Assembly (NCBI GenBank): GCA_963674785.1
Contig: OY771555.1
Span: forward strand, 1,344,001 to 1,408,000
DNA length: 64,000 bases
Source: Caldisericia bacterium
GTDB lineage: Bacteria; Caldisericota; Caldisericia; JAAYUI01
Direction of reading: 5' to 3'
Shown here: one piece after another, positions 21,122 to 30,194 of the stretch
How positions within the stretch are numbered: the stretch's first letter is position 1
How the letters are laid out: each line of letters starts with the position of its first letter
Notes under the pieces: model-generated
Told to the model about the DNA's origin: nothing
Seen by the model: the letters and a program-made list of their open reading frames with translations, nothing else
Database searches by the model: none
Program-made: the position numbers and the translations under genes

Positions 21122-21151
21122 AAGACCCGACGATTTCTGTCGGGTCTTTTT
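21122..21151 (+). terminator. Intrinsic terminator
   Basis: AAGACCCGAC / GTCGGGTCTT stem plus T-run. Confidence 0.85.
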
Positions 21152-21154
21152 CAT

Positions 21155-21183
21155 TTGACAAGTTCTCTTCAATGATATATAGT
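21155..21183 (+). promoter_or_regulatory. Sigma70-type promoter of the amidase gene
   Basis: TTGACA, 17 nt, TATAGT. Confidence 0.65.
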
Positions 21184-21211
21184 ATAAATACAATATTATT
21201 GGAGGGAAAGA

Positions 21212-22027
21212 ATGAAAGCAGAATGGATAGTTTTACACCATTATGTCAATGACAATGACTTACCGTTATTAAAACAGCATCAGCTAGCTGAAAGAGTAAA
21301 ATCAAAAAAATTGTCTTATCACTATATTGTCTTCTCAGATGGTTCATATTGGATGATCAATGATCCGAGAAAACCAATCGGGCATTGTGGGGCTGATTTT
21401 GTGCATCTTTCGAAGAATCGAAAAACATCAAATTTCAACTCAATTGCTGTTTGTTGTATGGGGAATTTTCAACGTGGGAAAATGGGAGAACCACAGAAGA
21501 CTGGACTAATCAAGCTTATCTTTAAGCTGTGTTGCAAGCTTGGTATTAAAACTGAAAACATAACAAGACATAGTGATGTATGGAAAACTGCTTGTCCCGG
21601 GAGGTACTATCCTTTTTCAGATGTGGTTGTGGGAGTAAAAAAAATGTTTTCTGGGAGATTGGTTTTTACGATTGGCGAAAACAAAATTCAGAAGGGCGAA
21701 ACCATTTTACAATCAACAAAATCACCGGAAATTTTGTGGGGAGTGGCTATTTTTCCTGTTCGGGAGTTATTGATTAATCTTGGTTATCAAGTGAACTGGG
21801 TAGCGGATGAAAACAAAATTGTTGCCACTTCAAGCTCCAGCGCAGTAAACCTTTGGGTTGATAAGAAGAATATTTTGGTCGATGGCACTCCAAGAATTCT
21901 CGATTTTGAGGTGCTCAACATTTGGGGAACAACGACTGCTCCTCTAAGGTCTCTTCTTGAAAATCTTGGATATAAGGTCACTTGGAATTCTGAATCCAAG
22001 ACCATTGAAGCAAACAAGATGTTCTAG
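21212..22027 (+). CDS. N-acetylmuramoyl-L-alanine amidase (Amidase_2) with a C-terminal stalk domain
   Basis: IVLHH, SYHYIV, NSIAVC, HSDV.KTACPG; 'PVRELLINLGYQVNW' and 'APLRSLLENLGYKVTW'. Confidence 0.88.
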   Translation: MKAEWIVLHHYVNDNDLPLLKQHQLAERVKSKKLSYHYIVFSDGSYWMINDPRKPIGHCGADFVHLSKNRKTSNFNSIAVCCMGNFQRGKMGEPQKTGLIKLIFKLCCKLGIKTENITRHSDVWKTACPGRYYPFSDVVVGVKKMFSGRLVFTIGENKIQKGETILQSTKSPEILWGVAIFPVRELLINLGYQVNWVADENKIVATSSSSAVNLWVDKKNILVDGTPRILDFEVLNIWGTTTAPLRSLLENLGYKVTWNSESKTIEANKMF

Positions 22028-22030
22028 TTG

Positions 22031-22831
22031 TTACATTTTATTGACCATTTTTCTCATTAATGAGAAAAATGATTTTGAGATCAATACCTGTAAAAATGAG
22101 AGTTTGCCATCAGTGTAATAGAGCTTTTTGGGTTCTAACCAACCTTTTTGTTCCCAGTAGTTGAAATCTGCTGGGAACTCTTCTTTCGCCCCAGGTTTAC
22201 TGGTGTATACAGCTTTAAAAGATTGATATTGCAGTATTCCATTTGTTGTTGCTCTAAAGGGTTTTGGGGAGTTAACTTTTTCAAAAAATTTCTTTGAAGC
22301 ATTGAAAACTGAGAGGTTTGTTTTTTTATCTAGATTATTCCAGTCTTTTATCGGAACCGTTGTTGTCCCTAATTTGTCAACGACCAGAAACCCCATTGCT
22401 GAAACATAGTTTAGTGCTGCGAAGCATTCTTTTAGGCCTACCCCTCCAGTCGTTGAAAGAAGCAGGGCTGGTTTATCAAAATACTCAGGCCTGTGTCCCA
22501 TGAATGCAAATCTATCGAGGAAATTCTTCATAATCCAACTTACATTCATTGTGTAGGTTGGACAAGCGAAAACGATTCCATCTGCATCATGCATCTTTGT
22601 CCTAAGCTCAACAAACACTTCATCATCCGCCAGAGGACACAGATGTTCGCCCTTAGTCAGACATGTAAAACAGCCCTTACAGAGCTTTAGATTCTTTTCT
22701 TTCAGAAAAAAATACTTAAACTCGAAACTGGAAGGTTCGAGTTCATTAAATACTTGTTCAACTTTTTTTGAAAACTCATAAGTATTGCCTTTGCCTTTTG
22801 GGCTTCCATTGATAACAAGTATTTTTTTCAT
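22031..22831 (-). CDS. Flavodoxin-like iron-sulfur flavoprotein (NADPH-dependent FMN reductase family)
   Basis: INGSPK..GNT, CKGCFTC...CP, ADGIVFACPTY. Confidence 0.9.
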   Translation of the reverse strand: MKKILVINGSPKGKGNTYEFSKKVEQVFNELEPSSFEFKYFFLKEKNLKLCKGCFTCLTKGEHLCPLADDEVFVELRTKMHDADGIVFACPTYTMNVSWIMKNFLDRFAFMGHRPEYFDKPALLLSTTGGVGLKECFAALNYVSAMGFLVVDKLGTTTVPIKDWNNLDKKTNLSVFNASKKFFEKVNSPKPFRATTNGILQYQSFKAVYTSKPGAKEEFPADFNYWEQKGWLEPKKLYYTDGKLSFLQVLISKSFFSLMRKMVNKM

Positions 22832-22848
22832 GTTTACCGTTTCCTTTT

Positions 22849-23997
22849 TTATAGTTTGCTAAGTGGTGCAGTTTTGTAGTGGTAATCATCAGAAAATAGG
22901 TGAACTTCCCCAGTCATCTCATCAAATTCAGAACAGAATATTGAATCGAGAAGACCTGCGAATTCAATTATTTTCATGGTGTTTTCTTTTGGATTTGGAA
23001 AAAATACTTTGACTGTGAAATCGTTATCTGTGTCCTGACCAAATATGTAAATATCCCCAAACTCCCTAGTTCTATGTATATCTATTGCCTCAAACGAACC
23101 ATCTTCAATTGTGTGGAACTTGATCGATCTCATATCTCCATTCATGTATCTTTTAGCCCATTTTAGCCCAGAGTTCTTGGTTTCATAGAGTGTTGAGTTC
23201 AAACCAAAACCAAGTTCATCCGAAGGTTGATTTATCAACTCGATCTTGTTTGTTAGGTCGATTACATGGTAATCTTCGCCGTCAAAGACATTTGCGATTG
23301 ACGCTCTTTCATCCCACTCAATCTGCCAGTTAAAAGATTCTCGATGCAAACTCTTTATCTCAAGTGGCCAGAGAAACTTATACTTGTTGTCAGCAATTTC
23401 GAAAGCAAGAAAGTTGTATCCATCGTAGGCAATCTGTTTACTTGAAAGCTTTGGATATGATGGGAAGACTGTTTTTTTCTTGAATGTTTGTTCAGCAACC
23501 ACCTTGCCTGTATTTGTGTTGTGGTGGAATATTGACAAACATCCGGGCTCTTGCAAAGAAAACACTGGGTTTTGGAAGTGATTCCCTACGTATGCACCAA
23601 TAATGTCCATGCATTCGGTTTTGTGCAGGAATTTTGACTTGATTTTGCCTGTATCGAAAAATGAGCTTAGGTCAGATGAACTTGGTAGCTGAAGCCCTGT
23701 TACCCAGTAGTCAGATTCTCCTACCATTGTAATAATCATTGTTCCGGGGTAACTGGTATCAATAACCGGATTACTTGGAAGAAAAGTGTCTTTTGTATTG
23801 AGTCTGCTTCCACAGTACATCCAAGTTTCGACTTCAAAAGGAAGGTCAAATGAGGTCAACGACTTGGCTCTGAATCTGTCACTACAGATATGAACCGTGT
23901 TTCCGTTAACGATTACAGGATGCACTCCCCCATCACTTTTGGGGATGTATGCAATAACATCTCCTGGTACAAATTCTTTCTTCACAAGCTCGATCAT
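22849..23997 (-). CDS. Hypothetical beta-rich protein
   Basis: 382-aa ORF with SD GGAGG; C-terminus resembles that of 24009..25277. Confidence 0.7.
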   Translation of the reverse strand: MIELVKKEFVPGDVIAYIPKSDGGVHPVIVNGNTVHICSDRFRAKSLTSFDLPFEVETWMYCGSRLNTKDTFLPSNPVIDTSYPGTMIITMVGESDYWVTGLQLPSSSDLSSFFDTGKIKSKFLHKTECMDIIGAYVGNHFQNPVFSLQEPGCLSIFHHNTNTGKVVAEQTFKKKTVFPSYPKLSSKQIAYDGYNFLAFEIADNKYKFLWPLEIKSLHRESFNWQIEWDERASIANVFDGEDYHVIDLTNKIELINQPSDELGFGLNSTLYETKNSGLKWAKRYMNGDMRSIKFHTIEDGSFEAIDIHRTREFGDIYIFGQDTDNDFTVKVFFPNPKENTMKIIEFAGLLDSIFCSEFDEMTGEVHLFSDDYHYKTAPLSKL

Positions 23998-24008
23998 AGT
24001 TCCTCCCT

Positions 24009-25277
24009 CTATTCAAAACCTTTTAATTCAATCCTGTTTACTCTCTTCCATTTTGAGATGTTTTCGGTTTCATAATACATACTACTTGTAAACATAAACA
24101 TCTTTTTTGTTTTTTTATCGAAATCAATGCTCTCGATTTCTCCGTCGATGTTTGTAAAAATGAATTCGTCAATCACATTTTCACCAAATGGATATGCATT
24201 GAAAATCTTTATTGTTGATTTACCATCAACAGTTTTTTTGAATCCAAAAAGTCCACCGTCATACGAACCAATTTGAAATCTAAAGATTGGGGTCATAGTT
24301 TCCTCGGAAAGTGTAATCTTCCTGATTTCAATTTCTTCTGGTGAGATAACAGTGTTTTCTATGTAGATAATCCCATTATCCGATGAGAAACATACAGAAT
24401 CAATTCCGGCTTTAAGTCCATCAATCTCGATTGAGTTGATGATTTCCATATCAAAAAGGTCAATAAAGTTCAGTTTTTTCCCGTCGTAGAATGTAAAAAG
24501 AGGGGAGTCTGATTTGTGTGAATTGATTGAATCAAAAAATACTGGAGATATTCCTTTTTCAATACTAATCTCTTTCTGTTCGATGAATTCTCCATTATCA
24601 ATATCAATGAACCTTAGCTTTTCACCATCAAATCCAACAAGTCTCACCCCTGGAGAAAGAGATTTTGAAAAAACCATTTCCCTTGAGAACTCTTTTGAAA
24701 ACTCGGTTATTGACATATCTCCACTCGACGTCTGGGCGATAAGTTTCTTTCTTGATTTGTCGAGTCCAACGATCAGTGGTTTTTCTTGAATGCCAATATC
24801 ACAGACCTGTATCAATTCATCAATCTCGGTTTTGGTTTCATCTGCAAAGTCTACGGTATTGTAGGCTGGTTCGTCCGTGATATCTTGGATCAATCCCTGA
24901 ATGAAGTTTCCATCATCAGTCTTTTGAAGGAGGGCGTGAAAACAGCTTGATTCATTTTCATCTTCTCCGACAATACTTGTGTTGACCTGTGATACTATTA
25001 CTCCCCAGCTTGAAGATGAGGTAAGGTTTTCATGATCTTCGATTACCTCAGCTTCCAGAAATCCTGATATGATTTGGTCAACTGGGTTTTCAAGTTCAAT
25101 TTCTGTTGCAAGCTCATTTCGGTTGGCTTTTGTGCATATTTTGATCTTGTTTTCAAGACTTAGAATCGGGTAGTCAGTTTCGAATGAGTGGTCTTCTAAG
25201 TAATCTACAAACTTACCTTTTTCGAATGGATCATCAACCACCCAGAGATCAGATGACATTTTTATCTTATTGTTCAT
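24009..25277 (-). CDS. Hypothetical acidic beta-rich protein
   Basis: 422-aa ORF, D/E-rich, no signal peptide. Confidence 0.7.
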   Translation of the reverse strand: MNNKIKMSSDLWVVDDPFEKGKFVDYLEDHSFETDYPILSLENKIKICTKANRNELATEIELENPVDQIISGFLEAEVIEDHENLTSSSSWGVIVSQVNTSIVGEDENESSCFHALLQKTDDGNFIQGLIQDITDEPAYNTVDFADETKTEIDELIQVCDIGIQEKPLIVGLDKSRKKLIAQTSSGDMSITEFSKEFSREMVFSKSLSPGVRLVGFDGEKLRFIDIDNGEFIEQKEISIEKGISPVFFDSINSHKSDSPLFTFYDGKKLNFIDLFDMEIINSIEIDGLKAGIDSVCFSSDNGIIYIENTVISPEEIEIRKITLSEETMTPIFRFQIGSYDGGLFGFKKTVDGKSTIKIFNAYPFGENVIDEFIFTNIDGEIESIDFDKKTKKMFMFTSSMYYETENISKWKRVNRIELKGFE

Positions 25278-25330
25278 GCTGGTTAGTATACACTAATCGA
25301 TAAAGGATTCAAAATATCAATAATCTGGAG

Positions 25331-25756
25331 TTATTTTATTATGGCTTTTGCAATTGGGTACGCCCAAGGGATTCTTGATTCTTTGCCCTTTGCTGCACCA
25401 ATCGATGCTATAAAAGCTGTAAAGTAGAAGAATATTATCAATCCAACAATTCCATACATGTAGAAATCGCTGATTATCATAAAACCAGTAAACTTGCTTA
25501 TCACCATGTTTGCAAGAACCCAAACGATTACTGCAAGTATTGCTACGATACTGTTGAATATTGAGGTGATGGCATGTCTCAAAATAAACTTGTTTCCTTT
25601 TGCGATCTTCACTGCTCCAACAAGGATTAGAATGCCCATGATTCCAAATGTTACATGCGATAGAACCGCAAAAAGTCTTGAGTCGGTATTGGGTCTTGTC
25701 GAGACTGTGTTTGTATATGCAATCTGATTATCGTTACTTTTTTGAATCTCTTCCAT
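25331..25756 (-). CDS. DUF4870-like small membrane protein
   Basis: 'DSRLFAVLSH', 'FILRHA', 'GAAKGKESRIP'; three TM segments; start at ATG 25756 is uncertain. Confidence 0.7.
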   Translation of the reverse strand: MEEIQKSNDNQIAYTNTVSTRPNTDSRLFAVLSHVTFGIMGILILVGAVKIAKGNKFILRHAITSIFNSIVAILAVIVWVLANMVISKFTGFMIISDFYMYGIVGLIIFFYFTAFIASIGAAKGKESRIPWAYPIAKAIIK

Positions 25757-26057
25757 ATTTGTTGATTTTACCTGTTTTGATATGAAGGTCAATCTCATTC
25801 TCAAAGTTATATTATATTAAATTTGAGTAATATTTGCATAATAATAGATTTTTAATGAATAAATTTGTCAAGTGGAAAATTTGGCTTATCATGGGTGTTA
25901 GAACATCAAATATGCCTCATGGATTCTATTCTTGTCAAATAAAATTCAAGAAACCTGTTGCTTGACTTGCACTACTTTGAAATATACAATTTGGGAGTTG
26001 TGATCGAAAAAAACGCGAAAGAAGTGTATAATAATCCTATTCAAAGGGGGTGTACCC

Positions 26058-26591
26058 GTGACTGATTCCGCTGGTGCCTCTGCCGTTACTGATTCACGTC
26101 TTAAACCCGTTTTCAAAAACGAGGTTTCAGAATTACCTGGTGGAGAACGTGTAAAAAGTTGTTTTCAATGTGGCACATGCACCGCTTCTTGCCCTGTAAG
26201 AGCAGTGGATGATTCCTACAACCCAAGGAAAATCATTAGGATGGTTCTTCTTGGAATGAGGAAAGAAGTTCTTGAAAAAGAACCCATCTGGCTTTGTACC
26301 TACTGCTATACATGTCAGGAGCGATGCCCACAAGAAGTAAGTATCACTGATATTATTTTCTCTCTAAAAAATCTTGCTTCCAAAGAAGGTTTCATGCATC
26401 CTTCAATGGTGCCTCAGGTTGAGATTCTCTCTGAGTTTGGAAGACTCTATGAGATGACAGATTTTGACAACAAAAAGAGAGCCAAGCTCGGACTTCCTCC
26501 GCTTGGAAACAAGCCGGAGGCTGTTGAATCTGTCTTTGATTCGACTGGTCTTTCAAAGGAAGCAGAAGAAAGAAAGGGGTCGTCAAAGTGA
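26058..26591 (+). CDS. hdrC: Heterodisulfide reductase subunit C
   Basis: CFQCGTCTASCP, NPRKIIR, WLCTYCYTCQERCP. Confidence 0.93.
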   Translation: MTDSAGASAVTDSRLKPVFKNEVSELPGGERVKSCFQCGTCTASCPVRAVDDSYNPRKIIRMVLLGMRKEVLEKEPIWLCTYCYTCQERCPQEVSITDIIFSLKNLASKEGFMHPSMVPQVEILSEFGRLYEMTDFDNKKRAKLGLPPLGNKPEAVESVFDSTGLSKEAEERKGSSK

Positions 26592-27469
26592 AATTAGCTT
26601 TATTTTTAGGTTGTACGATTCCCGCAAGAGGACTTCATTATGAGGCCTCTGCCCGAAAGGTTGCAGAGTTTTTGGGTATTGAGTTTGTTGACATGGAAGG
26701 CGCTGGTTGTTGTGGAATGCCAGTCAGAAATGTTTCGTCCGACTCAAGTATTGCTATGTCAGCAATTGCCCTCGCTCAGGCTGAGGAGATGGGTCTCGAA
26801 TTAGTAACTCTTTGCTCTGCTTGTAACGCAACGCTTACAGAAGCAGCTCATATGCTTCATGAAGACAAAGAATTACTGAAAAGAGTTAATGAGATTCTTA
26901 CCAAAGCAGGAAAAAAGCCATACAAAGGAACAACAAAGGTTTGGCATTTCACAAGATTCCTTCATGAAAAGATTGGCCCAGAAAAGATAAAATCCCTTGT
27001 CAAAAAACCACTTACTGGTGTAAAAATCTTTAGTCATGCAGGATGTCATTATCTCAAACCAAGAACAATTTTTGACTGTTTTGACAGCCCCGAAGATCCA
27101 CAGACTCTTGATGATCTTGTAAAAGCGATTGGTGCCGAATCTGTTAAAATAATTAATCCAAACGAGTGTTGTGGCGGTGGAATTCTTGCATTTTCTGAGG
27201 ATGACTCAGTTAAGATCGCCGGTGGAAAACTCAAACGCGTCGTTGACCATGGCGGAATTGATGCAATGGCTCTCCATTGTCCATTCTGTAATATTCAGTA
27301 CGAAAGCCATCAGAAGAAGCTCGAAAAGGACAGTGGTGAAAAGATTGATCTCCCAATCTTGTTTATCACCGAACTCATAGGGCTTGCATTCGGACTTGAT
27401 ACAAAAGAGCTTGGATTTGGTCAGCATCGTGTCAAACCAAAAGACCTTTTAGCAAAGGTTGAGGCATAA
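26588..27469 (+). CDS. hdrB: Heterodisulfide reductase subunit B
   Basis: Two CCG domains: FLGC, GCCG, CSAC; HAGCH, ECCGG, CPFC. Confidence 0.95.
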   Translation: MKLALFLGCTIPARGLHYEASARKVAEFLGIEFVDMEGAGCCGMPVRNVSSDSSIAMSAIALAQAEEMGLELVTLCSACNATLTEAAHMLHEDKELLKRVNEILTKAGKKPYKGTTKVWHFTRFLHEKIGPEKIKSLVKKPLTGVKIFSHAGCHYLKPRTIFDCFDSPEDPQTLDDLVKAIGAESVKIINPNECCGGGILAFSEDDSVKIAGGKLKRVVDHGGIDAMALHCPFCNIQYESHQKKLEKDSGEKIDLPILFITELIGLAFGLDTKELGFGQHRVKPKDLLAKVEA

Positions 27470-27480
27470 GGGGGTTACTC

Positions 27481-28716
27481 GTGGAAAACTATAAATATGT
27501 AATAGTTGGTAACGGAATAGCCGGTCTCAGAGCTGCTGACACAATTCGTCAGCAGGACAAGGAAGGCTCCCTTTGCATGATCTCTGAGGAACCATATCTT
27601 TCGTACTCAAGACCATTGATTTCGTACCTTATTGGTGGAGAGATCAAGTATGAAAAGATGTTCTATCATGATCAGGAATGGTATGACAATTTAGGTATCC
27701 AGCTCAAAATGGGTTCAGCCGCTACAAAGCTTGAGCCTATCCATAACAAGCTTGCACTTGCTGATGGAACCGAGATCGGATATGAAAAGCTTTTGATCGC
27801 AGTCGGCGGTAAGGGTGCAATCCCAAATATTCCAGGAAAAGACCTCAAGGGTATCTTCACTTTTACTCATCTTGATACAGCCAAACAGATTAAACAGATG
27901 GTTGATGAGGGAGCGAAGAGAGCATTTGTTCTTGGTGGTGGACTTGTTGGACTTAAGGCTGCTCAGGGACTTGCTGATGCTGGGATCGATGTAACAGTTG
28001 TTATTTCCTCTGGTCAGGTTCTCTCACAGCTTCTTGATGAAACTGCAGCCGAACTTGTCAAAAGAAGACTTGATAGAAAAGGTATCAGGGTGATTTTGAA
28101 TACCTCGGTCATGGAAATAATTGGTGAAAATGGTAAGGTTGAAGGTATCGTACTTGAGTCAGGTGATGAACACTATTGCGACATGGTTGTTTTTGCAAAA
28201 GGTGTCAGACCAGATCTTAAATATATCAAAGATACTGAAATCAAGACAAATTATGGAATCATTGCAGACAAGCACATGAGAACAAATATTCCAAATGTTT
28301 GGGCTGCTGGTGATTGCACAGAAACTTATGAGGAAGCATTTGAAAAAACCACAACAAACCTTGTCTGGCCAAGAGCATCAGAACAGGGAAAAGTTGCTGG
28401 TTTAAACATGGTTGGTATTCCTAAGGGATACAAGGGCTGGTTCTGGATGAACTCATTCCAGTTCTATGGTCTCTCCTGTATCTCTGTTGGAAATGTCAGA
28501 CCTCATGGTGGACGTTTTGAGGTCATGATCAACCAGAACTTGAGAGAAGGAATCTATAGAAAAGTCGTACTCAAAGATAACAAGATTATTGGAGCACTTT
28601 TCGTAGGTAAGATCACCACAATTGGAACGATTAACGGACTTATCAAAAAACAGATTGACGTGCAGGGCCACAAGGAAGATATCCTTGAAGACAAACTCGC
28701 CCTGTTGATATTCTAA
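27481..28716 (+). CDS. FAD/NAD(P)-dependent oxidoreductase (NirB-N / CODH-associated FNOR-like)
   Basis: IVGNGIAG, YSRPLI, VLGGGLVG, WAAGDC, WPRASEQG. Confidence 0.9.
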   Translation: MENYKYVIVGNGIAGLRAADTIRQQDKEGSLCMISEEPYLSYSRPLISYLIGGEIKYEKMFYHDQEWYDNLGIQLKMGSAATKLEPIHNKLALADGTEIGYEKLLIAVGGKGAIPNIPGKDLKGIFTFTHLDTAKQIKQMVDEGAKRAFVLGGGLVGLKAAQGLADAGIDVTVVISSGQVLSQLLDETAAELVKRRLDRKGIRVILNTSVMEIIGENGKVEGIVLESGDEHYCDMVVFAKGVRPDLKYIKDTEIKTNYGIIADKHMRTNIPNVWAAGDCTETYEEAFEKTTTNLVWPRASEQGKVAGLNMVGIPKGYKGWFWMNSFQFYGLSCISVGNVRPHGGRFEVMINQNLREGIYRKVVLKDNKIIGALFVGKITTIGTINGLIKKQIDVQGHKEDILEDKLALLIF

Positions 28717-28728
28717 AGGAGACCACAC

Positions 28729-29391
28729 ATGAAAACGATTCTTGTTGATTTTGAAAAATGTGTCGGTTGCAGAATGTGCGAACGTGCCTGCATGAAGAAA
28801 CACCTTCCAGAAGGTGAAGAAGGCAAGAAGATTGATATCAATCTTACAAAACAGAGAGTTCATGTTGAGCTTGCCGGAACAAGGCCATATCCACTCAGAT
28901 GTAGGCACTGTGATGATCCTGTCTGCATAACTGCTTGCATGACTGGTTCAATGCACATCGACTACGAAACAGGCATGGTCAATGTTGACTATGATAAATG
29001 TATCGGTTGTTGGATGTGTATCATGGCTTGTCCATTTGGTGGAGTTTTACCAAATGAAGAGTTCGAGCAGGTAATTAAATGCGACAGATGCCTTGATATT
29101 GAGATTCCCGCCTGCGTAGAGGTTTGTCCAAAAGATGCTCTCGTTTATGAAGAAGTTGAGATGAGAGACGATAACCTGTGCATCGGCTGTGGTCTTTGCG
29201 TTGAAGTTTGCCCATTTGATGCAATCTCACTTGTTGAAACCGAAAAGGGTCTTAAGGCACGCACAAATACTGATCTCTGTCGTGGTTGTTCATTCTGTGC
29301 AACCAGCTGTCCGTATGATGCAATATTTATGAATTTCCTGACAAACGATCGTCTGCAGGACGAAGTCCAGGAAATAGTGGAATCTTACTAG
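28729..29391 (+). CDS. Polyferredoxin: CooF/HydN-like domain plus HdrA-C-terminal-like 2[4Fe-4S] domain
   Basis: CVGCRMCERAC, CRHCDDPVCITAC, CIGCWMCIMACP, KCDRC...PACVEVCP, then CIGCGLCVEVCP and CRGCSFCATSCP. Confidence 0.9.
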   Translation: MKTILVDFEKCVGCRMCERACMKKHLPEGEEGKKIDINLTKQRVHVELAGTRPYPLRCRHCDDPVCITACMTGSMHIDYETGMVNVDYDKCIGCWMCIMACPFGGVLPNEEFEQVIKCDRCLDIEIPACVEVCPKDALVYEEVEMRDDNLCIGCGLCVEVCPFDAISLVETEKGLKARTNTDLCRGCSFCATSCPYDAIFMNFLTNDRLQDEVQEIVESY

Positions 29392-29404
29392 AGGAAGGTG
29401 CAGA

Positions 29405-30184
29405 ATGGCAAATACAAAAAGACAGCTTTTTACACCTAAGGTAGTCACATTTGTCTGCAACTGGTGTTCCTCTGCATCTGGCGATTTAGTCGGACCTATC
29501 AGAACTCCATACAATGGTATTCCAAGAGTTATGAGGGTTCTGTGTACAGGCAGAATTAAGGCAGATGATATAATTTCATCCTTTGAGATGGGAGCCGATG
29601 GAGTTTTCATCGCAGGATGTGAAGAGCTAGAGTGTAACTATAGAACAGGAAACCTAATTGCAAAAAGAAGAGTTCGATTTGTCAAAGCAGTTCTTCAGCA
29701 TGCAGGTTTCTCAACCGATAGAGTAGATATGTCTCTTGATTTCCTTCAACTCGTAAAAGAGCCAGTTGGAGTTTTTAGAAAAAAGATTACAAAACTCGGT
29801 GCACTTGGCACCGCTGCAGATGAAGGTATGACACCTGAGGAAGTTCGAATGAAACTTGCTATTGCAAGAAAAGTTACTCAGGATGCTGAAATCGGCTGGC
29901 TTGTTGGTAAGGAAGCAATGCTTACTGAGAAACAAAATGCATATGGAGAGAAGCTTTCTCAGGAAGATTTTGATAAGATGATTGTCGATTATATAGAAGA
30001 AAAATGCAAACTTTATACAATTCTTTCAAAGATTGAAAAAGTTCCAATGACTATTCCGCAGATTTCTTCAGAAACACAGATCAAATCGACAAAGGTTTTT
30101 GAGATGATTCAGCAGCTCGTAAGAGACGGCTCAATATCAGAGGCTGGTAAGTCAGGTCGCTATTACCAGTACATCCAGGCGTAG
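29405..30184 (+). CDS. Divergent MvhD-like [2Fe-2S] protein with a C-terminal extension ending in a winged-helix-like domain
   Basis: FVCNWC, RVLCTGR, GADGVFIAGC...CNY..GN; C-terminal 'PMTIPQISSETQIKSTKVFEMIQQLVRDGSI'. Confidence 0.85.
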   Translation: MANTKRQLFTPKVVTFVCNWCSSASGDLVGPIRTPYNGIPRVMRVLCTGRIKADDIISSFEMGADGVFIAGCEELECNYRTGNLIAKRRVRFVKAVLQHAGFSTDRVDMSLDFLQLVKEPVGVFRKKITKLGALGTAADEGMTPEEVRMKLAIARKVTQDAEIGWLVGKEAMLTEKQNAYGEKLSQEDFDKMIVDYIEEKCKLYTILSKIEKVPMTIPQISSETQIKSTKVFEMIQQLVRDGSISEAGKSGRYYQYIQA

Positions 30185-30194
30185 GAGGAGCATA

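Noticed and set aside
25995-26020. Rex operator upstream of hdrC
   Set aside because: Only a TTGTGA half-site is present, with no matching TCACAA arm.
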